DNA of 64,000 nt from contig CAXXVK010000060.1 in the NCBI GenBank assembly GCA_963676915.2, positions 153,514-217,513 on the forward strand, given 5' to 3'. The DNA comes from Myxococcota bacterium. Lineage in GTDB: Bacteria; Myxococcota_A; SURF-8; G963663525. The notes under the pieces were generated by a model, which saw only the letters and a program-made list of their open reading frames with translations, did no database searches and was not told where the DNA came from. Made by a program: the position numbers and the translations under genes. Positions 37,242 through 46,625 of the stretch are shown piece after piece (position 1 is the stretch's first letter; each line of letters begins with the position of its first letter).

Positions 37242-38615
37242 TTACCCTCCGCAGACGTCGACCAGCGCCTTGCGGGCAGCATCGACCATGAGGTCTATTT
37301 CCTCGATGGTCATCGTCAGCGGCGGCATGAACACCAGTACCGATCCCAGCGGACGCAGCATCACGCCGTAATCTCTGGCTTTGAGACAGACTTTCGCCCC
37401 GATTTTCTCCTGCCAGGGATATTCCTCCAACGTAGCTTTGTCTTTCACCAGTTCGACACCGCACATCAAACCGCGTCGCCGGATCTCGCCGCAACAGTTC
37501 AATGGGGCGATCCATTCGTCCAGTCGTTGTGCGAAGTGCTTGATTTTCGGCTGGATTTCGTCCAGCACCTTCCCGGTTTCAAAAAGCTTCAAGTTGGCCA
37601 GTGCCGCCGCACAGGCCAGCGGATTTCCGGTGAAAGTATGGCCGTGGAAGAAGGTCCGAGCCTCTTCGTGGGTTCCTAAAAACCCTTCGAAAACCTGTGT
37701 GCTCGTCATCGTTGCAGCCAACGGCAGATACCCGCCGCTGAGTCCTTTGGCCAGCGCCATCAGGTCGGGACGTACGCCTTCCTGCTCGCAGGCGAACATC
37801 GTGCCGGTACGACCGAATCCGGTGGCTACTTCGTCGCAGATCAGCAAAACATCGTAGGCGTCGCATAGCTCTCGTACACGCTTGAGGTAACCCTCGGGTT
37901 GGGCCAACATCCCTGCCGCACCCTGCATCAACGGTTCGATGGTAAACGCCGCCGTTTCCTTGCCGTGTTTTTCGAAAGCCTGTTCCAAAGCGTCCCAGAA
38001 ACGTTGCAACCCCTTGGGATCGTTCTCGGTTTTCGGCTCTCTCAGGTTGTACGGCGTCGGAACCCGGACCATTTCGAACAGCAACGGATGATAAATACTA
38101 TGGAATAGCTCGATACCGCCCAGCGATACCGAACCGATGGTATCGCCGTGGTACGCTTCACTCAATCCGATGAATTTTCGCCGATGCGATTGTCCGTTTT
38201 GCCTGTGGTATTGAAACGCCATTTTAAGGGCGATTTCCATCGCCGTGGAGCCGCTATCCGAATAAAAAACGTGATTCAGTCCTTCCGGGGTGATGTCCAC
38301 GAGTTTTTCGGCCAGTCGGATCGATGGAACGTTGGCAAGACCCAACAACGTGGAATGCGCCACCTGGTCGAGCTGCTCCCGAATGGCATTATCGATTTCC
38401 GGCACTTGATGCCCGTGTACGTTGGTCCACAGGCTGGCGATGGCGTCGAGGTAGCGCCGACCGTGGATGTCCTCCAGCCAGCAGCCCTCGGCTCGGGTGA
38501 CGATCAACGGCTCGGACTCGGCGTATTCGGCCATCTGGGTGAACGGATGCCAGAGGGTGCGTCGGTCGATGTCCATTAACTCATTGATTTCCTTAGAAGT
38601 ATAGCCGTTTTCCAT
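37242..38615 (-). CDS. bioA: Adenosylmethionine-8-amino-7-oxononanoate aminotransferase
   Basis: Class III aminotransferase with BioA-type blocks (WHPFTQM, SDSGSTAMEIALKMA, YHGDT, LICDEVATGFGRTG, GHTFTGNPLACAA). Confidence 0.92.
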   Translation of the reverse strand: MENGYTSKEINELMDIDRRTLWHPFTQMAEYAESEPLIVTRAEGCWLEDIHGRRYLDAIASLWTNVHGHQVPEIDNAIREQLDQVAHSTLLGLANVPSIRLAEKLVDITPEGLNHVFYSDSGSTAMEIALKMAFQYHRQNGQSHRRKFIGLSEAYHGDTIGSVSLGGIELFHSIYHPLLFEMVRVPTPYNLREPKTENDPKGLQRFWDALEQAFEKHGKETAAFTIEPLMQGAAGMLAQPEGYLKRVRELCDAYDVLLICDEVATGFGRTGTMFACEQEGVRPDLMALAKGLSGGYLPLAATMTSTQVFEGFLGTHEEARTFFHGHTFTGNPLACAAALANLKLFETGKVLDEIQPKIKHFAQRLDEWIAPLNCCGEIRRRGLMCGVELVKDKATLEEYPWQEKIGAKVCLKARDYGVMLRPLGSVLVFMPPLTMTIEEIDLMVDAARKALVDVCGG

Positions 38616-38892
38616 CGAATCCTCGTTTTTGTATCGGGAAATAAAACGCCCCGACTCTAACGAAGATGCCGTAGCGGGTCAAGCCGGATGCCAGGGAAGA
38701 ACGTGAAGTTTTTCCAAGACAGCCCGTTTCGGCAAGAAGATCATTTCCTTCTCGAAAGGGAATTTCGATTTTTTCGGTTGCACCGGGCTGGGGCGTTCTT
38801 ACTTTATAGGCGTTCGGAATTTCAACGATTCGTGTCAACAAAGGAAACCGCCGGTTCGGTCGTGGTGAACGGTGAGCAAGGAGAAGAGGAAC

Positions 38893-39348
38893 ATGCAAGA
38901 ATTCAAAACGGTAGACGACATTCTCGATTTCGCCATTTCGGAAGAAGAAGCCGCCAGCGATTTTTACACCCGGCTGGCCTCCAGTGTGAAAAAAGACTGG
39001 ATGAAAAACGTGTTTTTGGGATTCGCCAAAGAGGAACAGGGACACAAGGCCAAGCTTCTCAAAATCAAGGAAGGCAAGCTGATTCCCGCCACCGGTCAGA
39101 AAGTTCTGGACCTGAAAATCGCCGACTACCTCGTGGACGTCACGCCTTCAGACGACATGGACTACCAGGAAGCATTGATCGTCGCTATGAAAAAGGAAAA
39201 AGCGGCGTTCAAACTGTACAACGATCTTGCGGAAAAAGTGGATGATCCGCAACTCAAAGACAGCTTGCTGGCTCTGGCTCAGGAAGAAGCGAAACACAAG
39301 GTTCGTTTCGAGTTGGAGTACGACGAAACCGTCTACTCCGAAAACTGA
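38893..39348 (+). CDS. Ferritin-like / rubrerythrin-type diiron domain protein (paralogue of 8395-8880)
   Basis: AGGAGAAGAGG RBS. Two Glu + ExxH half-sites (EEEAASDFY...EEQGH; KEKAAFKLY...EEAKH). Confidence 0.75.
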   Translation: MQEFKTVDDILDFAISEEEAASDFYTRLASSVKKDWMKNVFLGFAKEEQGHKAKLLKIKEGKLIPATGQKVLDLKIADYLVDVTPSDDMDYQEALIVAMKKEKAAFKLYNDLAEKVDDPQLKDSLLALAQEEAKHKVRFELEYDETVYSEN

Positions 39349-39396
39349 AAACCCTAAGGGAGGTTTTTTCCTCCTTGGATACGAAAGGATAACGAC

Positions 39397-39900
39397 ATGT
39401 TGAGTGAAAAAATGCTTAAAGCTCTCAACGAGCAGATTCGTGAAGAAACGTTTTCCGCCTACCTCTACTTTTCGATGGAGGCGTATTTCAAATCGTTGAA
39501 TCTCAACGGCTTTGCCAACTGGATGCGCGTTCAGGCCATGGAAGAACTAAGCCACGTGACCCGCTTTTTCGATTTCATCAACGATCGCGGCGGCAAGGTG
39601 ACGCTGCTAGCCATCGACGCACCGGAGCATCATTGGGAAAGCCCCGTCGCGGCTTTTGAAGCGACCTTGAAACACGAAAAGCACATTTCTTCCAAAATCA
39701 ACGACCTTGTGGACATCGCCATCGACGAGCGCGACCATGCCGCCAACGCCTTTTTGCAGTGGTTCGTCAACGAACAGGTCGAAGAAGAAGCAAGTGCCGA
39801 CGACATTCTGCAAAAGACCAAGATGGTCAGCGACGGTCCCGGCCTGTATCATCTCGATATGGAGATGGGCAACCGGGTGTTCACGCCTCCGGCTGCTTAG
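39397..39900 (+). CDS. ftn: Non-haem ferritin
   Basis: LNEQIREETFSAYLYFSMEAYF....GFANWMRVQAMEELSH, ...TLKHEKHIS, ....FLQWFVNEQVEEE. Confidence 0.9.
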   Translation: MLSEKMLKALNEQIREETFSAYLYFSMEAYFKSLNLNGFANWMRVQAMEELSHVTRFFDFINDRGGKVTLLAIDAPEHHWESPVAAFEATLKHEKHISSKINDLVDIAIDERDHAANAFLQWFVNEQVEEEASADDILQKTKMVSDGPGLYHLDMEMGNRVFTPPAA

Positions 39901-39964
39901 GCAATGTCGCCACATGCTATAGAGCTGATTGGTAAGCCTTAGTTTTTATTGCTATTTTTGGCTA

Positions 39965-40098
39965 TTGGTTCCAACGAACCGGATAACGAAGGGTGGCACG
40001 GGACAAGCGACGTGAAACGTCTGCTTGCCCGTGTACAAACAATGTTCATGGGCAACCTGCGGTTGGCCCATGGCACACCCTTTGAACACCAAAACCAA
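39965..40098 (+). ncRNA. Structured RNA element, copy A (conserved core 39985-40080)
   Basis: About 95 nt are nearly identical to 49176-49270. Three hairpins are conserved and one has a compensatory apex. The G-U pairs fit the plus strand. It lies between the ftn stop and the 40189-40228 terminator. Confidence 0.5.
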
Positions 40099-40188
40099 AT
40101 AATAACTGCTATAAGACAAACGTGAGGAGCAGGACGAGAGCCATGCTCCTGCAAAAAGTGTAACCCCTCGAAAATTCACTGCAATTTA

Positions 40189-40228
40189 AAACGCGCCGGG
40201 TGGATCAATCCTCCGGCGCGTTTTTTTC
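40189..40228. terminator. Bidirectional intrinsic terminator that overlaps the last codons of the minus-strand OMP gene
   Basis: AACGCGCCGG / CCGGCGCGTT stem with TTTTTTT on the plus strand and TTTTAAATT on the minus strand. Confidence 0.7.
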
Positions 40229-41570
40229 GTCCTGTTGTGGTTTGAAGCCACGGAAGAATTCGCCCATCGTGGGATATTCTTCTCGGTCCTGCTCTTCCTT
40301 TTTCATGGCTTTGCGCGTGGCGCTCTCGGTGTCGTCGTTGTAGCGGATGCTTCCGGCGTACAGCAATCCAAGGTACCATTCTTTCACACCCAACCTGCGT
40401 TCCTGCACCACTTCGTGTCCGCCACCCATGGCCGCATTCAACCCCAGCATCGAGGTCGTAAAGGCGTTTTCCCAGCCGAACGCCGCCGTAATTCCGTAAA
40501 AATCGATTGCGGTAGGCATCCCTTCGCGGCTACGCGAGGGTTTGGGGGCCGAACTGAAATCGGTATACATCCCGGCACGCAGAAAATACCAGCGTCGAAA
40601 ACGTTGCTCGAATCCCAGGTTGACGTTGCCGATGGCATCGAGCTTCACCGGTCCGTCCGCCAACTCCCGGTTGGTCTGGTCGTGAATGGTCACGTCCGCA
40701 ACGAAGGTCGTATTCAAAAACGGCTGAAACGCGACGCCCGCCCGAAAGGAAAACGGCATTTCGATGGATTCCGAAATCGTCCGGTTGGAAATGTAGATCG
40801 GCTCGTCTTGAGGATCGTTGGTGGTGTGGATCGACCGAAATCTTGTTTTCGACCGGGCCGGGAAGGCCGAACGAATCCTCAGTCCGGCCTGTATCATCGG
40901 ATGAGGACGTATCCAGACACCCAGAATCGGCGTAAAACCGATGAAGGCACGCTCGGCCACGTTGACGGTATGATCGAAACGTCCGTTGAGTTCCGTCAGC
41001 TCCGAGCGATTTTCGTACTCGGTCCGATAGTAGGCATAGAGTGTCGCGCCAACGGCGAACGCCGGATGCAGCCGGTAGGCCACCGACGGTCCGGCGAACA
41101 TTTCCTGACTTTTGTTGGAAATGTCGATGTAGAGATAAGGTTGTTCCTTCTCGGTCACGAATTGCGCCGACTGCTCGTTGCTTTCCGGGACCGCGACGGT
41201 AAACGCCGCCGTCCAGTCCCCGAAGCGCATCAGGGTTCCCGTGGTCGCACCGATGACGTTGAACGCGCTCTGGGTCAGGTCTTTGCCGTCCCGATAGTTT
41301 TCCACGGTCCGATAGCGTAACTGGTAGATCGACAGGCTCAATGATAGCGAATCGTAACGGGCATTGGCCATTCCGGCGGGATTGTAGTACGCACCGGAAG
41401 GATCGTCCGAAATGGCAGTGAAAGCTCCACCCATCCCGGCGGCGCGTTCGCCGATCAGGCTATCACTATAATGATAGGGGTCTGCGAAAGCCGCCTGCAA
41501 TCCGAGGAATAAACCACAGACAGCCAGCACTAGCCCGATGCAACGACGAGTGACCCGGCCCCTTCGCGGC

Positions 41571-41578
<8 letters not shown>
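40205..41578 (-). CDS. Outer-membrane beta-barrel channel, FadL/TodX/PorV-like
   Basis: Start MPEPRRG..., signal peptide ending AAFA/DP, an N-terminal GERAAGMGGAFTAISDDPSGAYYNPAGMA motif, and alternating beta-strand pattern. Its start overlaps the upstream regulator's stop by 8 nt (ATGCCTGA). Confidence 0.7.
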
Positions 41579-42956
<1,378 letters not shown>

Positions 42957-43023
42957 ACAGTCCTCAACCTAGAATCCAAAAAAAAACATTTGTCATGTTC
43001 GATTGCTCTCTTAGGAAAGCAAG

Positions 43024-43097
43024 AAAACGCGAAAGATGCAAGGAGTTTTCGCGAAAAAATTTCGCTCTCTTGACGTTTATTTTTCGCAAAGCGAAAT
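43024..43097. promoter_or_regulatory. Cluster of TTTCGC/GCGAAA half-sites, a candidate enhancer (UAS) for the adjacent sigma-54 activator
   Basis: AAAACGCGAAAG (43024-43035), the palindrome TTTTCGCGAAAA (43046-43057), ATTTCGC (43059-43065), and TTTCGC-AAA-GCGAAA (43082-43096). They lie 140-210 bp upstream of the -24/-12 element. Confidence 0.35.
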
Positions 43098-43232
43098 ATT
43101 TTCCTTCTTTAGGGTTTATTTGTATCTAACAGTTATTTAACATTTGGTTTTAGAATCAAAAAAACTGTTTAATTACATATTGTTACGCTATTTATATTTG
43201 TTATTTTTTACTGTCCTTTGTGTATATCAGAT

Positions 43233-43248
43233 TGGTATTTTTTTTGCA
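43233..43248 (+). promoter_or_regulatory. Sigma-54 (-24/-12) promoter candidate
   Basis: TGGTATTTTTTTTGCA compared with the consensus TGGCAC-N5-TTGCA. The GG and GC dinucleotides have exact spacing and the -12 half TTGCA is perfect. Confidence 0.55.
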
Positions 43249-43257
43249 CATCTTAAG

Positions 43258-43389
43258 TGCTGTTGAATCCCTCAAAAATCTCCCCGGATTTTTGAGTCTT
43301 TGAGATCGGAGTGTGCCCCTACTTCGGTCTGGTTCGGAAAACTCCGAACACCCCCTGTGGCGAGAGTTCCCCCCTCTCGCCATTTTTTT
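43258..43389 (+). ncRNA. Sigma-54-dependent small RNA candidate with four C-rich single-stranded motifs
   Basis: Hairpins at 43271-43296 (10 bp, loop UCCCCG), 43304-43329 (7 bp, loop with GCCCCU) and 43332-43349 (7 bp). Linker ACCCCCU. The terminator hairpin 43359-43381 has loop UUCCCCC followed by AUUUUUUU. There is no credible ORF. Confidence 0.55.
43359..43389 (+). terminator. Intrinsic terminator of the sRNA candidate
   Basis: GGCGAGAG / CTCTCGCC 8-bp stem followed by ATTTTTTT. Confidence 0.8.
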
Positions 43390-43710
43390 GATCTTTTCAT
43401 TCGAGAGACGACTCTAATTCGTTAGAGAATCGCGTTCTTTTTGGTTACAATTATATCCTCATGGGGTTATGTTCTCGTGTCAATGCAAGTCATTCATTTA
43501 TTTTTATCGGAATATTTTTTTGGAAAATAAATGGATTCCAAAGAAATTTTCTTTATAATGTATCCAGGTAGGTAAGATTGTTTCATGATTCGTTGTATAT
43601 GGAACATGAACTCCCAATGAAAACCGTTGTTTCACAAACACTTAGCCTCCAGCATTCGCTGAATGCCACAAGAAAACGATAGAGACGGACTGATTATTTC
43701 TGGAGTAACG

Positions 43711-44910
43711 ATGCAGCACACCCCCGTTGAAATCGACGCTTTTCCCGAAGCATGGCGTTCCTTGGCCGACGCCAACGCATCTCCTCTGATTTTCACCGAC
43801 GAAAAAGGTCATCTGCTTTACGGGAATCCCTCGTGGCAGGCGTGGAGCCATGACCTTCGAACCACTTTGCTTGATGTTTCTGCAAAACTTCTCCAGCATG
43901 AGTTTTCTCAAACCCGTTCCATTTTGGAAAACCTGACGATTCCGAATCTCGGTGCTATCGCCTGTACCTGCGAATGGCTTGAAGATCGAGGCAAACGTTT
44001 CGGGATGCTGCGTTTCGAGCCGGAGAACCAACCGGTCCTCGAACCCGGAAAAGTAGCCATCGACCGGGAAATGGCCGCCCGCTGGGCGTTGTTGTCCGCT
44101 CGCATGAACAGCGTGGCCGATGTGGCCGCCGGGTTGGCGCACGAAATCAACAACCCTCTGGGCGGTCTGTTGCAAACGGTACAGCTTTTATCGCGTAACC
44201 TGACCATCGATCACGAACGCACCCACGCCCAACTGGAAAAAATCGGATTTGCCGAGGACGAAATCACCAAGTTGGCAAAATACATCGAAGAACGCCAACT
44301 GCTTTATTTTCTTCAGATTATCGGCGAAAGCGGTGAGCGTGCCCGAGCGATGGTATCGTACATGGTCGAATTTTCCCGCCAGCGCCCGGCCGAGCATCAC
44401 GAGGTAGATCTCGTCACGTTGGTAAAGCGCTGCATCGAGCTGGCCAAACTCGATACGGACATGCGTAAAATCTACCAATTCGCCCGGCTTCCCCTCGATA
44501 TGACGGCCGATCCTACCTACATCGGTGGCGTTTGCATCGAACAACAAGCGAAATATGTATTCTTGCGCTCACTCAAGCGACACGCTGCCGGACTGCATGC
44601 CGCCACGCAGGAAAAGGATGCGTTTTTTCCCGAGTTGCGTCTCGATTTGAGCTATCGTGACGACCGGGCGGTGATCGTTTTCAGCGACAACGGCCTGCCG
44701 CCCACACCCGAAGACATCCGCCTCGTCGAAGACGGTTCTCTGGATGCCGTATGGAGCACCGACGAGTCACGGTTCGATCTCGCCGTCAGTTCGTTTTTAT
44801 GGCAATCCTTCAATCATGGTGGCTATACGTTGTCCGAAAACGAGCGAGGCGGCTGCACCACCGAACTGACCCTTCCGCGAAAAAACGGTCAATCGGCACA
44901 TGTGGGGTAA
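43711..44910 (+). CDS. Soluble sensor histidine kinase (weak G1/G2 boxes)
   Basis: The ATG at 43711 has GGAG 7 nt upstream; the ORF is open from 43663. H-box GLAHEINNPLGGL. The C-terminal HATPase-like domain has DNG but no clear GxGLG. Confidence 0.8.
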   Translation: MQHTPVEIDAFPEAWRSLADANASPLIFTDEKGHLLYGNPSWQAWSHDLRTTLLDVSAKLLQHEFSQTRSILENLTIPNLGAIACTCEWLEDRGKRFGMLRFEPENQPVLEPGKVAIDREMAARWALLSARMNSVADVAAGLAHEINNPLGGLLQTVQLLSRNLTIDHERTHAQLEKIGFAEDEITKLAKYIEERQLLYFLQIIGESGERARAMVSYMVEFSRQRPAEHHEVDLVTLVKRCIELAKLDTDMRKIYQFARLPLDMTADPTYIGGVCIEQQAKYVFLRSLKRHAAGLHAATQEKDAFFPELRLDLSYRDDRAVIVFSDNGLPPTPEDIRLVEDGSLDAVWSTDESRFDLAVSSFLWQSFNHGGYTLSENERGGCTTELTLPRKNGQSAHVG

Positions 44911-45003
44911 GAACAGACGTTTCAACGGATATTCACGTCTTCTCGTCGAGCAGGTATTTTCTCTTCAATCGTTTTTCGGTGATTATTTGAATGAAAAGTC
45001 ACA

Positions 45004-45030
45004 GTAGGTCGGGCAAATTTCTTGCCCGAC
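45004..45030 (+). repeat. REP element: GTAG followed by the hairpin GTCGGGCAAATTTCTTGCCCGAC
   Basis: Identical to the element at 29729-29755. Confidence 0.75.
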
Positions 45031-45047
45031 ATTCCCAAAACAACGGG

Positions 45048-45231
45048 TTAACCCGCATTATTCATGAGGATCGTTGCGAGACGCCGAAAACCGAAGAACT
45101 TTCATGAAGTTGGAGTGATTTTTTAACGGAAGCATACTTGACAGGTTGTTGAGTATAAAAATTTCGGGAAACGAGTGAAAGATCAAGAGTTTTCAAGTCG
45201 TAGTAGATTTTTCATGAATTATGCGGGTTAA
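45048..45231. mobile_element. MITE copy 2 (176-bp core 45052-45227 flanked by a TTAA direct repeat)
   Basis: TIRs CCCGCATTATTCATGA / TCATGAATTATGCGGG. Near-identical to copy 1. Confidence 0.8.
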
Positions 45232-45252
45232 GAATGAACCCGACTTTCGGTT

Positions 45253-46551
45253 TTATTCGTTTGTATCGCACCGAAACGGTTTGAGTTCCCCAACCCCGCG
45301 ACGTTCGACGTACTCCCGCCAGACCCCGGGGCATTCTTTGGCCAGACGACAGGAAGCGCAAGGAGATTCGGGGTGAACCTTCCGACCCGCTTTTTGCGTC
45401 CAGCCTTCGCGCCATCCTGACTCTCCGGTTGAACTCAACAGCATTTTCCGTGTTCTTCCACGGACTTCCTCACCCCGCGCCACGCACAACGGAACATCCA
45501 GCAGCGACACCAGCGGGCTTTCCTCACGTGGGGTGAGCAGGCGTGAAACCACCGCTTCAACGGCTGTCAGTGACGGCATCACCTCGTCGAAATGCTCCAA
45601 CGCCCATCCACCCGGTTCGGGAAAGGAAAATGTGGCCGAAGACACCTCGGACCGGGTGAGATAGTCCAAGATTTCCGGCAGAAACTCCTGATTCTGCTTG
45701 GTAATCACCGTACTGGAAAACAGCGCCCGTTCGCCGAACCATTGTTCCCGCCGCGAACCCGTAGCCTCGACGACGTTGGCCAACGCACGGGCTTTGATCT
45801 CGAAGGCGTTCGAGCGGGTGGTCAAAGCCTGTTCGATCTCCGGCTGATGCCCCAGAATCGATAACGTTACCTGATGCAGCCCCGCCGCGAAAATATTGCG
45901 ACAGAAATCGGGTTTGGCGAACCCGTATCCATTGGAAATCATTCGGATCGAGCGATACCCCAGGCGTTTCGCCTCGGCCACCAGATCGAGGATATCCGGC
46001 CTCAAGGTGGGTTCCATAGCGGTAAACTCGACGCCCCGTGCCCCCCGTTCCCGTCGCTGGCGTAGCAAGACAAGCAAATCCTCGGTCGAGGTGTCGGGAA
46101 TTCCCGCCGGGCGATTGATGCAGAAACGACAGCGGTTCTGGCAATGGGGCGAGGCTTCGATATCGAACGAAAGGGCGTTCTCGTCGTCGAAGATGTCGTA
46201 CTTTCGACGAAGGTTGTCCCAAAAAGGAGGTTTTGGGCCGGAATCGCTGTTGCGCCGAACCAGTTCCACCATCAGCCGGGCGAAACGAGCAACGGACTCG
46301 GGTAGCGGTTCTTCGGCATCCAGCACGGCGAAATCGAACCAGCGGCTTCTCTCGAACGCCGGACGACCCTCCTTGTGGGGAAGAAGACCCAGCTTCAAGG
46401 CGGTAGAATCACGGTAGGCGAACACCGCACGAATCGTTTTTCCCGGAACGATGTCCACCAGCTTCCAGCCGTCTCGAAACCCTTGACCTGGGCGAAGCGG
46501 ACGAAAAAGTTCCAGTAGGTTTTGAGGGATAACGGGGGCGTTCGAGGACAC
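45253..46551 (-). CDS. Radical SAM protein with an N-terminal extension and a Cys-rich (SPASM/twitch-like) C-terminus
   Basis: CQNRCRFC (CxxxCxxC), GVEFTAMEPTL, RMISNG. The C-terminus carries CASCRLAKEC (Cx2Cx5C). Confidence 0.85.
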   Translation of the reverse strand: MSSNAPVIPQNLLELFRPLRPGQGFRDGWKLVDIVPGKTIRAVFAYRDSTALKLGLLPHKEGRPAFERSRWFDFAVLDAEEPLPESVARFARLMVELVRRNSDSGPKPPFWDNLRRKYDIFDDENALSFDIEASPHCQNRCRFCINRPAGIPDTSTEDLLVLLRQRRERGARGVEFTAMEPTLRPDILDLVAEAKRLGYRSIRMISNGYGFAKPDFCRNIFAAGLHQVTLSILGHQPEIEQALTTRSNAFEIKARALANVVEATGSRREQWFGERALFSSTVITKQNQEFLPEILDYLTRSEVSSATFSFPEPGGWALEHFDEVMPSLTAVEAVVSRLLTPREESPLVSLLDVPLCVARGEEVRGRTRKMLLSSTGESGWREGWTQKAGRKVHPESPCASCRLAKECPGVWREYVERRGVGELKPFRCDTNE

Positions 46552-46625
46552 GATAAGCCCCTTTTCACGTTAGACAATACGTTGTAAAAGCATGTTCGAA
46601 ACTCGGAACTTGCCAAAAAGACACG

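Noticed and set aside
38616-38892. I looked for a BirA operator or a Fur/PerR box in the divergent bioA / rubrerythrin-like / ferritin control region.
   Set aside because: By eye I found no convincing inverted repeat matching the TTGTAAACC-type bio operators or the GATAATGATAATCATTATC Fur consensus. Weak AT-rich dyads alone are not enough.
39994-40009. TGGCACGGGACAAGCG inside structured-RNA copy A, which has correct sigma-54 GG/GC spacing.
   Set aside because: The GG is not conserved in copy B (TGACACGGTCCAAGCG), and the bases are explained by the conserved RNA helices. It is probably a chance match.
39952-40179. Minus-strand small ORFs spanning the two structured-RNA copies (39952-40179 and 49095-49301). 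They share a peptide block, PQVAH.H....GK.TFHVA..V.PFV.
   Set aside because: A codon-by-codon comparison of the shared block shows about 2 synonymous and about 9 mostly radical non-synonymous changes (C/R, L/S, Y/T, Q/L, C/W, P/T, P/S). The same substitutions preserve base pairing in the RNA hairpins. The ORFs have different starts and ends and no RBS. A non-coding interpretation is preferred.
43201-43383. A 60-aa minus-strand ORF in the activator-kinase intergenic region.
   Set aside because: It is antisense to the hairpin/terminator series, has no RBS, and its arginine/serine-rich translation is what one expects from reading through complementary C-rich and G-rich stems.
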